Positions 19,872 to 29,755 of a stretch of 64,000 nt of DNA are shown here, in pieces. The stretch comes from an uncultured delta proteobacterium. Its GTDB lineage: Bacteria; Desulfobacterota; Binatia; HRBIN30; BPIQ01. The notes under the pieces were generated by a model that saw only the letters and a list, made by a program, of their open reading frames with translations, had not been told where the DNA came from and made no database searches. Both the position numbers and the translations under genes were made by a program. How positions within the stretch are numbered: position 1 is the stretch's first letter; every line of letters starts with the position of its first letter. The stretch spans positions 192,001 to 256,000 of the forward strand of contig CAVXGR010000016.1 of the NCBI GenBank assembly GCA_963761335.1. The letters are read 5' to 3'.

Positions 19872-22208
19872 GTGAAGGCGGGGGGGGCAAAGGGGGGGCT
19901 CGTCGTGCTGCTGTTGCTGGCGGTACTGGCGGGCGCGGCTCTGGCACAGGAAGACGTGCGCCTCGACCGCGTCGAGATCAAGGGAAACCAACGCGTCGAG
20001 CAGGAAGCCATTCGCGTGCACCTGCGCGCGCAGCCGGGAGTGCCCTACGACGAGGCGGTGGTCGACAGCGATATCCGCGCCCTCTACCAGATGGGCTTCT
20101 TCGACGACGTCTCCGCCGACCTCTCCCAGGAGAACGGCCAGTGGGTGCTGACCTACACCGTCTCCGAGCGCCCGCTGATTCGCGAGGTGAAGCTCGAGGG
20201 CAACGAGGCCCTCAGCCGCGACGAGCTCGATGCGGCGCTGAAGATGCGCCCGAACACCATTCTCGACCCCGAGAAGATTCGGCGCGGCATCGACGAGGCC
20301 CAGAAGCTCTATCAAAAGAAAGCCTATCTCGACGCCAAGATCACCTACGAGACCAAGCCTCTCGGCGAAAACGAGATTGCCCTCACCTACAAGGTCGACG
20401 AGGGCAATCGCGTGCGCATCCACGAGATCAAGTTCGAGGGCGCGCATCATCTGGAGCCGAGCAAGCTCCGCCGCGTCATGCAGACCAAGCAGCAGTGGCT
20501 CTTCTCGTTCATCACCGGCGCCGGCAACCTCGACCGCGAGGTGCTCAAGTCCGACATCGAGCGCCTGACGGCGTACTACTACGACAACGGCTACATCGAC
20601 GTGAAAATCGACGAGCCGGTGATCGAGCGCACCGACGACGGCCTGGTGATCACCATCAAGCTCGACGAGGGTGCGGTCTACACGGTCGGCGACGTGAAGG
20701 TCGCCGGCGATCTTCTCCCCGACAACGACGAGCTGCTGAAGGACATCCACATGAAGTCGGGGGAGACCTTCCGCGCCGGCCAGCTGCGCGAGGACATCTC
20801 CTATCTCACCGAGGAGTATGGCGATCGCGGCTACGCCTTCGTCAACGTCACTCCCGACACCGCCGTCAACCCCACCACGCGCACCGTGGACGTCACCTAC
20901 CAGGTCGGCAAGGGGCCGGAGGTGTCGTTCAACCGCATCGAGATCACCGGCAACACCAAGACGCGCGACAAGGTGATCCGCCGCGAGCTGCGGGTCCAGG
21001 AGCAGCAGCGCTTCTCGGGCTCGGCGTTGCGGAAGAGCCAGGAGCGGCTGCGCCGGCTGGGCTTCTTCGAGGACGTCAACCTGACGACGCGCAAGGCCGA
21101 GGCGGAGGACAAGCTCAACCTGATCGTCGACGTCAAGGAGGCCCCGACCGGATCCTTCGCTGCCGGCGCCGGCATCAGCTCCGGCGAGTCGTTCCTCTTC
21201 AACGTGCGTCTGGCGGAGATCAACCTCTTCGGTCGCGGCCAGCGCCTGGTGCTCAACGCCGACATCGGCTCCATTCGCCGCAACTTCTCCCTGAGCTTCA
21301 CCGAGCCCTACTTCCGCGACTCCGAGCTCACCCTCGGCGTCGAGGCGTTCAACTGGCAGCTGCAGTTCAACGAGTTCACCCGCGGCGGCACCGGCGGCGC
21401 CATCCGCGCGCTCTATCCGCTGCCGGCGCTCGGCTACAAGTCGTTCTTCGGCTTCTCGCTCGAGGACACCCGCGTCGGTCTCGAGTACCGCATCGAGCAG
21501 GCCGAGATCTCCGACGTGAGCCCGACGGCGGCGACCGTGATTCGCGCCGAGCAGGGCTCGGAGCTCACCAGCAGCGTCACGCCGCGACTGTTCCGCGACA
21601 CCCGCAACCACCCCTTCGATCCCACCGCCGGCTCGCTGCAGGATCTCTCGGTCGAGATCGCCGGACTCGGCGGCACCAGCCACTTCTACAAGGCCGAGGC
21701 GCGCGGGCGCTGGTACGTGCCCGTCTACAAGAGCCCCTCGCTCGGACAGTTCGTCTTCTCGCAGGGGCTGCAGATCGGCTACGGCGAATCCTACAGCGGT
21801 CCCAGCAGCGAGCTGCCGCTGTTCGAACGCTACTTCCCGGGCGGCATCAACTCGATCCGCGGCTATGAGGTACGCACCCTCGGGCCGCGCGTCCCGGTCT
21901 TCGACGACCGGGGGCGCCTGCTGCGGCTGGATGCCATCGGCGGCAGTCAGCAGTTCATCTCCAACACCGAGATCATCTTCCCGATCGTCGAGTCGCTCGG
22001 CCTCCGCGGTGTCCTCTTCTTCGACGCCGGCGACGCCTTCACGGCGGCGCGGGGAATCGACTTCACCGATTTGCGTTTGGCCTACGGTGCTGGCATCCGT
22101 TGGTTGTCGCCGATCGGGCCGCTGCGAATCGAGGTCGGATTCCCGGTGAACCGGCGCGTCGACGATTCGGCGCAGGCCGTGAGCTTCTCGTTCGGCGGCC
22201 CGCAGTAG
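19872..22208 (+). CDS. bamA: Outer membrane protein assembly factor BamA
   Basis: Signal peptide, POTRA repeats (GNTKTRDKVIRREL), NLFGRGQ, SIRGY, GIRWLSPIGPLR, C-terminal FSFG. Confidence 0.97.
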   Translation: MKAGGAKGGLVVLLLLAVLAGAALAQEDVRLDRVEIKGNQRVEQEAIRVHLRAQPGVPYDEAVVDSDIRALYQMGFFDDVSADLSQENGQWVLTYTVSERPLIREVKLEGNEALSRDELDAALKMRPNTILDPEKIRRGIDEAQKLYQKKAYLDAKITYETKPLGENEIALTYKVDEGNRVRIHEIKFEGAHHLEPSKLRRVMQTKQQWLFSFITGAGNLDREVLKSDIERLTAYYYDNGYIDVKIDEPVIERTDDGLVITIKLDEGAVYTVGDVKVAGDLLPDNDELLKDIHMKSGETFRAGQLREDISYLTEEYGDRGYAFVNVTPDTAVNPTTRTVDVTYQVGKGPEVSFNRIEITGNTKTRDKVIRRELRVQEQQRFSGSALRKSQERLRRLGFFEDVNLTTRKAEAEDKLNLIVDVKEAPTGSFAAGAGISSGESFLFNVRLAEINLFGRGQRLVLNADIGSIRRNFSLSFTEPYFRDSELTLGVEAFNWQLQFNEFTRGGTGGAIRALYPLPALGYKSFFGFSLEDTRVGLEYRIEQAEISDVSPTAATVIRAEQGSELTSSVTPRLFRDTRNHPFDPTAGSLQDLSVEIAGLGGTSHFYKAEARGRWYVPVYKSPSLGQFVFSQGLQIGYGESYSGPSSELPLFERYFPGGINSIRGYEVRTLGPRVPVFDDRGRLLRLDAIGGSQQFISNTEIIFPIVESLGLRGVLFFDAGDAFTAARGIDFTDLRLAYGAGIRWLSPIGPLRIEVGFPVNRRVDDSAQAVSFSFGGPQ

Positions 22209-22224
22209 GATTTGGAGGGATTTC

Positions 22225-22737
22225 ATGAAAACACTGGTCGCGCTGCTCGCCACACTTCTGCTCGTCGGAGTGGCTTCGGCGCAGGACGTCAAGATCGGCT
22301 TCGTCGACCTGCAGCGGGCTCTCAACGAGTCCGATGCCGGCGCCCGCGCCAAGGCAGAGTTCAAGGTCCAGATGGACAAGCTCAAGAGCGACCTGAAGAA
22401 GCAGCAGGACGACATCGAGGCGCTCAAGGACCGGCTGGAGAAGAAGGCGATGGTCCTCAAAGAGGAGGAGCGCCGCCGGCTCGAGACGGACCTGCAGAAG
22501 AAGATGCGCGACTTCGACCGCGCCTACAAAGACTCGCAAGCAGAGCTGCAGAGCAAGGACAACGAGCTCACCGCCAATATCCTGCGCGATCTGCAGGAGC
22601 TGATCCAGGAGATCGGCGAGCGGGAGGGCTTCCTGACCATCCTCGAGGCCTCGAGCAACCCGGTGCTCTACAGCGCCAAGTCGGCGGATCTCACCGATCG
22701 CATCATCCAGCTCTACAACCAGAAGAACAAGCACTAG
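22225..22737 (+). CDS. skp: Periplasmic chaperone Skp/OmpH
   Basis: Signal peptide, KIGFVDLQRAL, coiled coil, DLTD..I; follows bamA. Confidence 0.93.
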   Translation: MKTLVALLATLLLVGVASAQDVKIGFVDLQRALNESDAGARAKAEFKVQMDKLKSDLKKQQDDIEALKDRLEKKAMVLKEEERRRLETDLQKKMRDFDRAYKDSQAELQSKDNELTANILRDLQELIQEIGEREGFLTILEASSNPVLYSAKSADLTDRIIQLYNQKNKH

Positions 22738-22752
22738 AGGGGCCGCGGTCCC

Positions 22753-23208
22753 ATGGACGACTCCGGCTTCGACCATCGCGCCGTTCAGCAGATCCTGCCG
22801 CACCGCTACCCGTTTCTGCTGGTCGATCGCGTGCTCGAGTTCGTCGACGGGGAACGGCTGCTGGCGCTGAAGAACGTCACCATCAACGAGCCGTTCTTCG
22901 TCGGACACTTTCCGGGAATGCCGGTGATGCCGGGAGTGCTGATCTGCGAGGCCCTGGCGCAGGCCGGGGCTTTGTTTGCCTATCGCTGCAGCGGCGGCGT
23001 CGCTCCCCAGCGCCCGATCCTGCTCGCCGGGCTCGATCGCGTCCGTTTCCGCCGCCCCGTGGTTCCGGGAGACCAGCTGCGGCTGGAGGTCCGACTGATC
23101 CGCCACCGCGGGCCTCTCTGGAAGATCGCCGGGAGCGCCACCGTCGACGGCCAGCTGGCGGCGGAGGCGGAGCTGATGGCGATGGAAACCGATCCGTCGC
23201 AGTGGTGA
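22753..23208 (+). CDS. fabZ: 3-hydroxyacyl-ACP dehydratase
   Basis: LPHRYPFLLVD, KNVTINEPFF.GHFP..PVMPGVLI.EALAQ, FRRPVVPGD. Confidence 0.97.
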   Translation: MDDSGFDHRAVQQILPHRYPFLLVDRVLEFVDGERLLALKNVTINEPFFVGHFPGMPVMPGVLICEALAQAGALFAYRCSGGVAPQRPILLAGLDRVRFRRPVVPGDQLRLEVRLIRHRGPLWKIAGSATVDGQLAAEAELMAMETDPSQW

Positions 23209-23990
23209 TGAGCGCCCCCCGCATCCATCCGACGGCGATCGTGGCGCCCGAGGCACAGCTCGCCGAGGACGTCGGCATCGGCCCCTACTCGATCGTCGGG
23301 CCGCACGTCTCCATCGGGCCGCGGACCGAGGTCGGCCCGCACGTGGTGATCGAGGGGCGCACGGCTCTCGGGGCGGACAACCGCATCTTCCAGTTCGCCT
23401 CCATCGGCCCCGTACCGCAGGATCTGAAGTACCACGATGAGCCCAGCGAGCTGTTCATCGGCGACGGCAACACCATTCGCGAGTTCGCCACTCTGCATCC
23501 GGGAACGGAGAACGGCGGCATGGTGACCCGGGTCGGCAACCGCTGCCTGATCATGAACTACGCGCACGTGGCGCACGATTGTATCCTCGGCGATCACATC
23601 ATTGTCGCCAACGGCGCCCAGCTCGGCGGTCACGTGGTGCTGCAGGACTACGTCGTCGTCGGCGCCCTGGTCGGCATTCACCAGTTCGTCAAGATCGGCG
23701 AGTCCGCCATCCTCGGCGCCGGCTCCATGGTCTCCCTCGACGTCGCGCCCTTCTGCAACGCCACCGGTGATCGAGCCGAGCTGCACGGTCTCAACCTGGT
23801 CGGGCTTCGCCGCCGCGGCATGAGCGCCGAGAGCATCGCGGCGCTGCGCAAGGCGTACCGCATCGTCTTCCAGTCCGGTCTCAAGGTCGCCGAGGCCCTG
23901 CAGCGCCTGTCTCGGGAGTTCTCCGGAGCTCCAGAGGTGACGCGCTTCGCGGCCTTCATCGCGCAGGCGGAGCGAGGGCTCTGCCGCTAG
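23208..23990 (+). CDS. lpxA: UDP-N-acetylglucosamine acyltransferase
   Basis: IHPTAIV, hexapeptide repeats, PQDLKY, IREF, HVAHDC, GHV, HQF, GLN.VGLRRRG. Confidence 0.96.
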   Translation: MSAPRIHPTAIVAPEAQLAEDVGIGPYSIVGPHVSIGPRTEVGPHVVIEGRTALGADNRIFQFASIGPVPQDLKYHDEPSELFIGDGNTIREFATLHPGTENGGMVTRVGNRCLIMNYAHVAHDCILGDHIIVANGAQLGGHVVLQDYVVVGALVGIHQFVKIGESAILGAGSMVSLDVAPFCNATGDRAELHGLNLVGLRRRGMSAESIAALRKAYRIVFQSGLKVAEALQRLSREFSGAPEVTRFAAFIAQAERGLCR

Positions 23991-24034
23991 CAAGCCGCCG
24001 CGGGGTGCGGCGGAGGGAAGAAATAGAGTCGTCG

Positions 24035-24865
24035 ATGGAACGCCTGGGCTTGATCGCCGGCAACGGCCGCTTCCCTCTGCTCTTCGCCGAGAGCGCCCGC
24101 GCCGAGGGCTACGAGGTGATCGCCGTGGCCCACCAGGGGGAGACGCCCGCCGAGCTCGAAGGGTTGGTGCAGTCGATCACCTGGATCAAGGTCGGCGAGC
24201 TCGAGAAGATGATCCACGCCTTTCAGGCGGGCGGCGTCCGCCGGGCGGTGATGGCCGGCGGCATCCGCAAGGCGGCGCTCTTCGAGAACTTCGCCCCGGA
24301 TGCGCGCGCTGTCGCCTTCCTGTCGCGCCTGCCACAGCTCGGCGACGACGCCATTCTGCGCGGCGTGGCGGGTGAGCTCGAGGCGGAAGGGATCGCCATC
24401 GTCGACTCCACCGTCTTCCTCGGCCGCCTGCTGGCCCCGGAAGGGGTGCTCACCCGCGCCGCTCCCTCGGAGGTGTCCCGGCAGGACATCCGCCGCGGCA
24501 TCCGGGTAGCGCAGGCCATCGGTCGTTGGGACATCGGCCAGTCGGTGGTGGTCAAGGGCGGGGTGGTGCTCGCCGTCGAGGCCATCGAGGGGACGGACGC
24601 GGCCATCCGCCGCGGCGGCGCTCTCGGCCGCACCGACATCGTCGTGGTGAAGATGAGCAAGCCGGGACAGGATCTCCGCTTCGACGTGCCGGCGATCGGC
24701 CCGCGGACGATCGCGGTCTGCCGGGAGGCCGGCGTCAGCGTGCTCGCCGTCGAGGCGGGCCGCACGCTGCTGCTCGAGCGCGAGGAGCTGTTGCGGTGCG
24801 CCGACGAGGCCGGCATTGCCGTGGTGGGCGTCGCCGCAGAGCCGTTCGCGGAGGCGACGCCGTGA
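24035..24865 (+). CDS. lpxI: UDP-2,3-diacylglucosamine diphosphatase LpxI
   Basis: LGLIAGNGRFP, DIGQSVVV, AVEAIEGTD, KPGQDLRFDVPAIG. Confidence 0.93.
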   Translation: MERLGLIAGNGRFPLLFAESARAEGYEVIAVAHQGETPAELEGLVQSITWIKVGELEKMIHAFQAGGVRRAVMAGGIRKAALFENFAPDARAVAFLSRLPQLGDDAILRGVAGELEAEGIAIVDSTVFLGRLLAPEGVLTRAAPSEVSRQDIRRGIRVAQAIGRWDIGQSVVVKGGVVLAVEAIEGTDAAIRRGGALGRTDIVVVKMSKPGQDLRFDVPAIGPRTIAVCREAGVSVLAVEAGRTLLLEREELLRCADEAGIAVVGVAAEPFAEATP

Positions 24866-25788
24866 AGCTGCGCGCCGCGGTGGTGGGCGTGGGCCACGTC
24901 GGCGGCTTTCACGCCGAGAAGTACGCCGAGCACGACGAGGTCGAGCTGGTGGCCGTGGTCGACACCGATGCGGAGCGCGCCCGCGCCGTCGGCGAGCGGG
25001 TCGGCTGCCCTGCGGAAACCGATTACCGGCGCCTCTTCGGACGGGTGGACTGCGTCACCATCGCCACGCCGACGCCGCAGCACCACGACCTCGCCCGCGA
25101 TTTCCTCGAGGGCGGTATCGACGTGCTGGTCGAGAAGCCGATGACGGTGACCGCCGCCGAAGGCCGCCACCTGGTCGAGGTCGCGGCGCGCCACGGCCGC
25201 ATCTTGCAGGTCGGGCACCTGGAGCGCTTCAACCCCGCGGTTCGCGCCATGATGGCGGAGCTGCGCGAGCCGCGCTTCATCGAATGCGACCGGCTGGCAC
25301 CCTTCGGCGAGCGCGGCACCGACGTCGATGTGGTCCGCGACCTGATGATTCACGACCTGGACGTCATCCTCAGCTTCGTCACCGCCCCGGTAGTGCGCAT
25401 CGAGGCCGTCGGCGTGCCGGTGCTCACGGATCGCGTCGACATCGCCAACGTGCGGCTGCGTTTCGCCACCGGCTGCATCGCCAATGTCACCGCCAGCCGC
25501 GTCGCTCTGAAGCGCGAGCGGAAGATTCGCCTCTTCCAGGCGGACACCTACCTGTCGGTCGACTACGGGGAGCGCCGCGTCCGCGTCTGCCGCCGCGAGA
25601 CGGTGGACGGCCAGCCCTCGATCAGCGTCGAGGAGCAGGAGTTCCGCGAAGGAGATGCGCTGCGGGACGAGGTCGACAGCTTTCTGCGTTCGGTGCGCAC
25701 CCGTCAGCCGCCCCTGGTGGACGGCCCGGCGGGGCTCAAAGCGGTGGAGTTGGCGGAGGCGATCAACGCCGCCATGGAGACCGCATGA
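24862..25788 (+). CDS. Gfo/Idh/MocA oxidoreductase (GnnA-like UDP-GlcNAc 3-dehydrogenase candidate)
   Basis: VVGVGHVG..HA, IATPT..H, LVEKP, QVGHLERFNP, DVDVV.DLMIHDLD; lies between lpxI and lpxB. Confidence 0.85.
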   Translation: MKLRAAVVGVGHVGGFHAEKYAEHDEVELVAVVDTDAERARAVGERVGCPAETDYRRLFGRVDCVTIATPTPQHHDLARDFLEGGIDVLVEKPMTVTAAEGRHLVEVAARHGRILQVGHLERFNPAVRAMMAELREPRFIECDRLAPFGERGTDVDVVRDLMIHDLDVILSFVTAPVVRIEAVGVPVLTDRVDIANVRLRFATGCIANVTASRVALKRERKIRLFQADTYLSVDYGERRVRVCRRETVDGQPSISVEEQEFREGDALRDEVDSFLRSVRTRQPPLVDGPAGLKAVELAEAINAAMETA

Positions 25789-26900
25789 GTCGCCGCGTGG
25801 TGCTGGTCGCCGGCGAAGCCTCCGGCGACCTGCACGGCGCCGCGCTGCTGCGGGAGATGCAACGCCTGGTTCCCGAGCTGCAGGCGAGCGGCGTCGGCGG
25901 CCCCCATTTGCGCGCCGCCGGCATGGAGGTGCTCACCGACACCTCCGAGGTGCAGACCATGGGGTTCGTCGAGACCTTCGGCACCCTCGGTCGCCTGCTG
26001 CGCACCTATCGGCAGCTGCGGCGCGTGTTGCGCGAGCAGCGCCCGGACCTGCTCGTGCTCGTCGACTATCCGGAGTTCAACCTGCTGCTGGCCCGCTACG
26101 CCAAGCGCCTGCGGATCCGTGTCTTCTACTTCATCGGGCCGCAGGTGTGGGCCTGGCGCCGCGGCCGCGTGCGCAAGATCGCCCGCCGCGTCGATCGCCT
26201 GGCGCTGGTCTTTCCGTTCGAGCCGGAGCTCTACGATGGCGATCGCAAGGTCGCGGAGTTCGTCGGCCACCCGCTCCTCGACCTGGTGCAGGCGACGCGC
26301 TCGCGTCCCGAGACCTGTGCGCGCTACGGCCTGGACCCCGCCCGGCGGGTGCTCGCCCTGCTGCCCGGGAGCCGCCGCAAGGAGGTGAGTTTCCTGCTGC
26401 AGCCGGTTCTCGCCGCCGCCGACGAGCTCGCCGGCGAGGGCTGGCAGCCGATCCTGGCGTTGGCCCCTGGCGTGCAGCGGCGCGAGCTGGAGGCAGAGCT
26501 GGCGCGCCATCCGGGCATGGCGATCGCCGAGGGGGACACCTACAACGTGGTCGCCGCCTCTGATGCGGCGATCGTCGCCTCGGGTACCGCCACCCTGGAG
26601 ACGGCGTTGCTGGCACGACCCATGGTGATCGTGTATCGAGTCGCCATGTTGACCTATCTGCTGGCGCGCGCCCTGGTCGACGTGGAGTCGATCGGCATGC
26701 CCAATATCATCCTCGGCCGCCGTGTGTTCCCCGAGCTGATCCAGGAAGCGGTGCGGCCGCGGGCGATCGCTGCGGCGGTGCGGCAGGTGGTCGCCGATCC
26801 CGAAGCGGTGAATGCCGCCCTGGCGGAGCTGCGCCAGCGCCTGGGCCCGGGTGGCGCCGCGGCGCGCGCCGCCCGCCTGGCCGTGGAGCTCCTGGGATGA
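25785..26900 (+). CDS. lpxB: Lipid-A-disaccharide synthase
   Basis: VAGEASGDLHG, VDYPEFN, PQVWAWR, FPFE, FVGHPL, LLPGSR..E, SGTATLE. Confidence 0.96.
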   Translation: MSRRVVLVAGEASGDLHGAALLREMQRLVPELQASGVGGPHLRAAGMEVLTDTSEVQTMGFVETFGTLGRLLRTYRQLRRVLREQRPDLLVLVDYPEFNLLLARYAKRLRIRVFYFIGPQVWAWRRGRVRKIARRVDRLALVFPFEPELYDGDRKVAEFVGHPLLDLVQATRSRPETCARYGLDPARRVLALLPGSRRKEVSFLLQPVLAAADELAGEGWQPILALAPGVQRRELEAELARHPGMAIAEGDTYNVVAASDAAIVASGTATLETALLARPMVIVYRVAMLTYLLARALVDVESIGMPNIILGRRVFPELIQEAVRPRAIAAAVRQVVADPEAVNAALAELRQRLGPGGAAARAARLAVELLG

Positions 26901-28657
26901 AGCGCGAGCTCTACCGGCGCATGCTGGCGTTTCTGCGGCCCTACATCTGGCCGCACTTCATCGGCTCGATGATCTGCATGATTCTGTTCAGCGCCACCAA
27001 CGGGGTCATGCCGCTGCTGGTGCGCAACGTCTTCGACCGCGTCTTTACGCAGCAGAACCAGGTGGCGCTCAAGCTCATTCCGCTCGCCATCATCGTGGTC
27101 TTCGTCGTCCGCGGCATTCTCGCCTTCGGCAGTGTCTATCTCACCGAGTTCGTCGGCCAGCGCATCATCGCCGACATGCGCAAGGCGATGAACGATCGCA
27201 TCCAGCGCCTCTCCCTGACCTTCTTCAATCACACCCCCACCGGCACCATCATCTCGCGCCTGACCAACGACGTCACCCTGGTGCGGGCGGCGCTCACCGA
27301 GGCGGTGGCCGCCGTTCTCAAGGACAGCACCTCGCTGGTGGTGCTGGTCGCCGTCGCCTTCTACATGGACTGGTTCCTGGCGCTGATCGCCTTCGTGGTC
27401 TTCCCGGTGTCGGTGCTGCCGGTGATCCGCCTCTCCAAGCGCCTGCGGCGCGCCGCCACCAGCGGCCAGATCTCGATCAGCAACCTGACGGTGATCACCC
27501 AGGAAACGGTGCAGGGCCACCGCGTCGTCAAGGCGTTCGGCATGGAGGACTACGAGCGGCGTCGCTTCGACGAGGAGAACGAGCAGCTCTTCCAGTTCTC
27601 CATGAAGGCGACCATGGTGCGCGGCATCACCAACCCGATCATGGAGATCCTCGCCGCCTTCGGCATCGCCGGCGTGGTGCTCTACGGCGGCTCCAGCGTC
27701 ATCGGCGGCAACCGCACGCAGGGTGAATTCCTCGGCTTCCTCACCGCCGTGCTGCTGCTCTACGAGCCCTTCAAGGCGCTGGCCCGCACCAATAACGTCG
27801 TCCAGCAGGGGCTGTCGGCGGCGGTGCGCGTCTTCGAGATTCTCGACTGCGAGCCGGACGTGCAGGATCGGTCCGGTGCCGTGGTGCTGCACGACTTCCG
27901 CGAGGGGATCCGCTTCGAGAAAGTCAGCTTTCGCTACGATCACGATCTGGTGCTGCACGACGTCGACCTGCGCATCAACCGCGGCGAGGTGATCGCCCTG
28001 GTGGGCCCGAGCGGCGCCGGCAAGAGCACCATTGCCGATCTCATCCCGCGCTTCTACGACGTGACCGCCGGCGCCATCCGCATCGACGGCATCGACGTTC
28101 GCGACGTCACCCTCGCCAGCCTGCGGGCGCAGATCGCCATCGTCACCCAGCACACGTTTCTGTTCAACGACTCGGTGCGCAACAACATCGCCTACGGCAA
28201 CATCGAGTGCGGCATGGAGGCGATCGAGAAGGCGGCGCGGGCGGCGCACGCGCACGACTTCATCATCGAGCTGCCGCACGGCTACGACACCGTGATCGGC
28301 GAAATGGGCGTGATGCTCTCCGGGGGCCAGCGGCAGCGCTTGGCGATCGCCCGGGCGCTTCTCAAGGATGCTCCCATCCTGCTGCTCGATGAGGCCACCT
28401 CGGCGCTCGACAACGAGTCGGAACGACTCGTCCAGGCGGCTCTCGAGACCCTCATGGTGAACCGCACCACTCTGGTGATCGCCCATCGCCTGTCGACCGT
28501 CCGCCGCGCCGACCGCATCCTGGTGATCAACCGCGGCCGCATCGTCGAGGAAGGCACCCACGAGGAGCTGCTGGCGCTCAATGCCGAGTACCGGCGGCTC
28601 TACGATCTGCAGTTCCAGGATCCGGAGCCCCGCGAGGACGCCGAGCTGCTGCACTGA
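26897..28657 (+). CDS. msbA: Lipid A export ABC transporter
   Basis: ABC TM domain plus NBD (GPSGAGKST, LSGGQRQR, LLLDEATSALD); located in the lpx cluster. Confidence 0.92.
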   Translation: MKRELYRRMLAFLRPYIWPHFIGSMICMILFSATNGVMPLLVRNVFDRVFTQQNQVALKLIPLAIIVVFVVRGILAFGSVYLTEFVGQRIIADMRKAMNDRIQRLSLTFFNHTPTGTIISRLTNDVTLVRAALTEAVAAVLKDSTSLVVLVAVAFYMDWFLALIAFVVFPVSVLPVIRLSKRLRRAATSGQISISNLTVITQETVQGHRVVKAFGMEDYERRRFDEENEQLFQFSMKATMVRGITNPIMEILAAFGIAGVVLYGGSSVIGGNRTQGEFLGFLTAVLLLYEPFKALARTNNVVQQGLSAAVRVFEILDCEPDVQDRSGAVVLHDFREGIRFEKVSFRYDHDLVLHDVDLRINRGEVIALVGPSGAGKSTIADLIPRFYDVTAGAIRIDGIDVRDVTLASLRAQIAIVTQHTFLFNDSVRNNIAYGNIECGMEAIEKAARAAHAHDFIIELPHGYDTVIGEMGVMLSGGQRQRLAIARALLKDAPILLLDEATSALDNESERLVQAALETLMVNRTTLVIAHRLSTVRRADRILVINRGRIVEEGTHEELLALNAEYRRLYDLQFQDPEPREDAELLH

Positions 28658-28688
28658 CGGCAGCGGCAGCGCCGGAGCGGTCGTCGGA

Positions 28689-29375
28689 ATGGCACCTCGG
28701 AAGGGAAAGCGAGGGTGGTGGGGCCGGCGCGGCTGGCAGCTCGTGCTGCTGGTCGCGCCTGCCCTGATCAGCGGTGCCCTGCGGCTGCTGGCGCTGACGG
28801 TGCGCATGCGTCTGGTGAACATGGAGGAGCTGTGGCGCCGCTGGCAGGGTGGCGAGCAGGTGATTCTGGCGTTCTGGCACAACCGCGTGGTGATGATGCC
28901 GCTTCAGTACCGCGGCAGAAAGATCTGCATCATGAACAGCCAGCACCGCGACGGCGAGATCGCCAGCCGGGCGCTGCACCGCTGGGGCATTCACACCGTC
29001 GGCGGCTCGGCGACCCGCGGCGGCGTCGGCGGCTTCCTCCGCCTGCTCGACGCCTTTCGCCAGGGATACGATCTGGCCGTGGTCCCCGACGGCCCGCGCG
29101 GGCCGCGCTACCAGGTGAAGCCGGGTATTCTCCACCTCGCCCGCGCCACCGGCGCCGACGTCTTTCCGATCAGCTATGCCGCCGCTTGGAAACGGCAGCT
29201 GCACAGCTGGGACCGGCTGATCATTCCGCTGCCGTTCTCCCGCATCGCCTACGTCGCCGGCGAGCCGCTGCGCGTCCCGCGCGACGCCTCCGACGAGAGA
29301 CTCGAAGAGCTGCGCCTCGAGCTCGAGTCGCGCCTCAATCAGGCCACCACTGACGCCGAAGCGCTGATCGGCTGA
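28689..29375 (+). CDS. DUF374 / lysophospholipid acyltransferase family protein
   Basis: ILAFWHNR, SQHRDGE, GSATRGG, PDGPRGP, SWDR..IPLPFS. Confidence 0.88.
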   Translation: MAPRKGKRGWWGRRGWQLVLLVAPALISGALRLLALTVRMRLVNMEELWRRWQGGEQVILAFWHNRVVMMPLQYRGRKICIMNSQHRDGEIASRALHRWGIHTVGGSATRGGVGGFLRLLDAFRQGYDLAVVPDGPRGPRYQVKPGILHLARATGADVFPISYAAAWKRQLHSWDRLIIPLPFSRIAYVAGEPLRVPRDASDERLEELRLELESRLNQATTDAEALIG

Positions 29376-29432
29376 GGTGGGCGCCCTGGGGAGCGCGGCC
29401 ACCCTGGCCGCCGGGAGGGCTGCGGGAAGAGA

Positions 29433-29481
29433 AGAGAATGGAGAATGGAGAACCGGTGACCGGGGATGGAGAACCGGTGAA
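29433..29481 (+). repeat. Solo heptamer-periodic arm (same family as 49295-49420)
   Basis: AGAGAAT GGAGAAT GGAGAAC CGGTGAC CGGGGAT GGAGAAC CGGTGAA; same heptamer order as the arms at 49.3 kb. Confidence 0.8.
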
Positions 29482-29755
29482 GGGATGTCGAGGGGCCCTG
29501 GAAGGGTGTGGGCGTATGCCGCTCGACGCGAACTGGCAGCCCGTTGAAGAACAGGCGGCGTAGCGAGGGCGAGGCATTTTGCGCCAGATCGAGGCGCCGA
29601 ACCTCGCCGAAATGTTTGGACCGATCGAAGATCTTGGTCGGCCGCACGCGCGACGGCGCCGAGCTGCGCTACGGCTCCCGCTCGCCGGCCGCCCGCTCCT
29701 CCGCCGTTGCCTTTTCTCGCCCGCCGGGTCAGTTTACGGCGGATAGACAACCATC

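Noticed and set aside
19785..22460. Very long antisense ORFs (also 9378-10931, 16427-17905, 26654-28882, 45040-47046, 55640-57217, 59500-61086)
   Set aside because: Expected stop-poor antisense frames of high-GC3 genes; no recognisable motifs.
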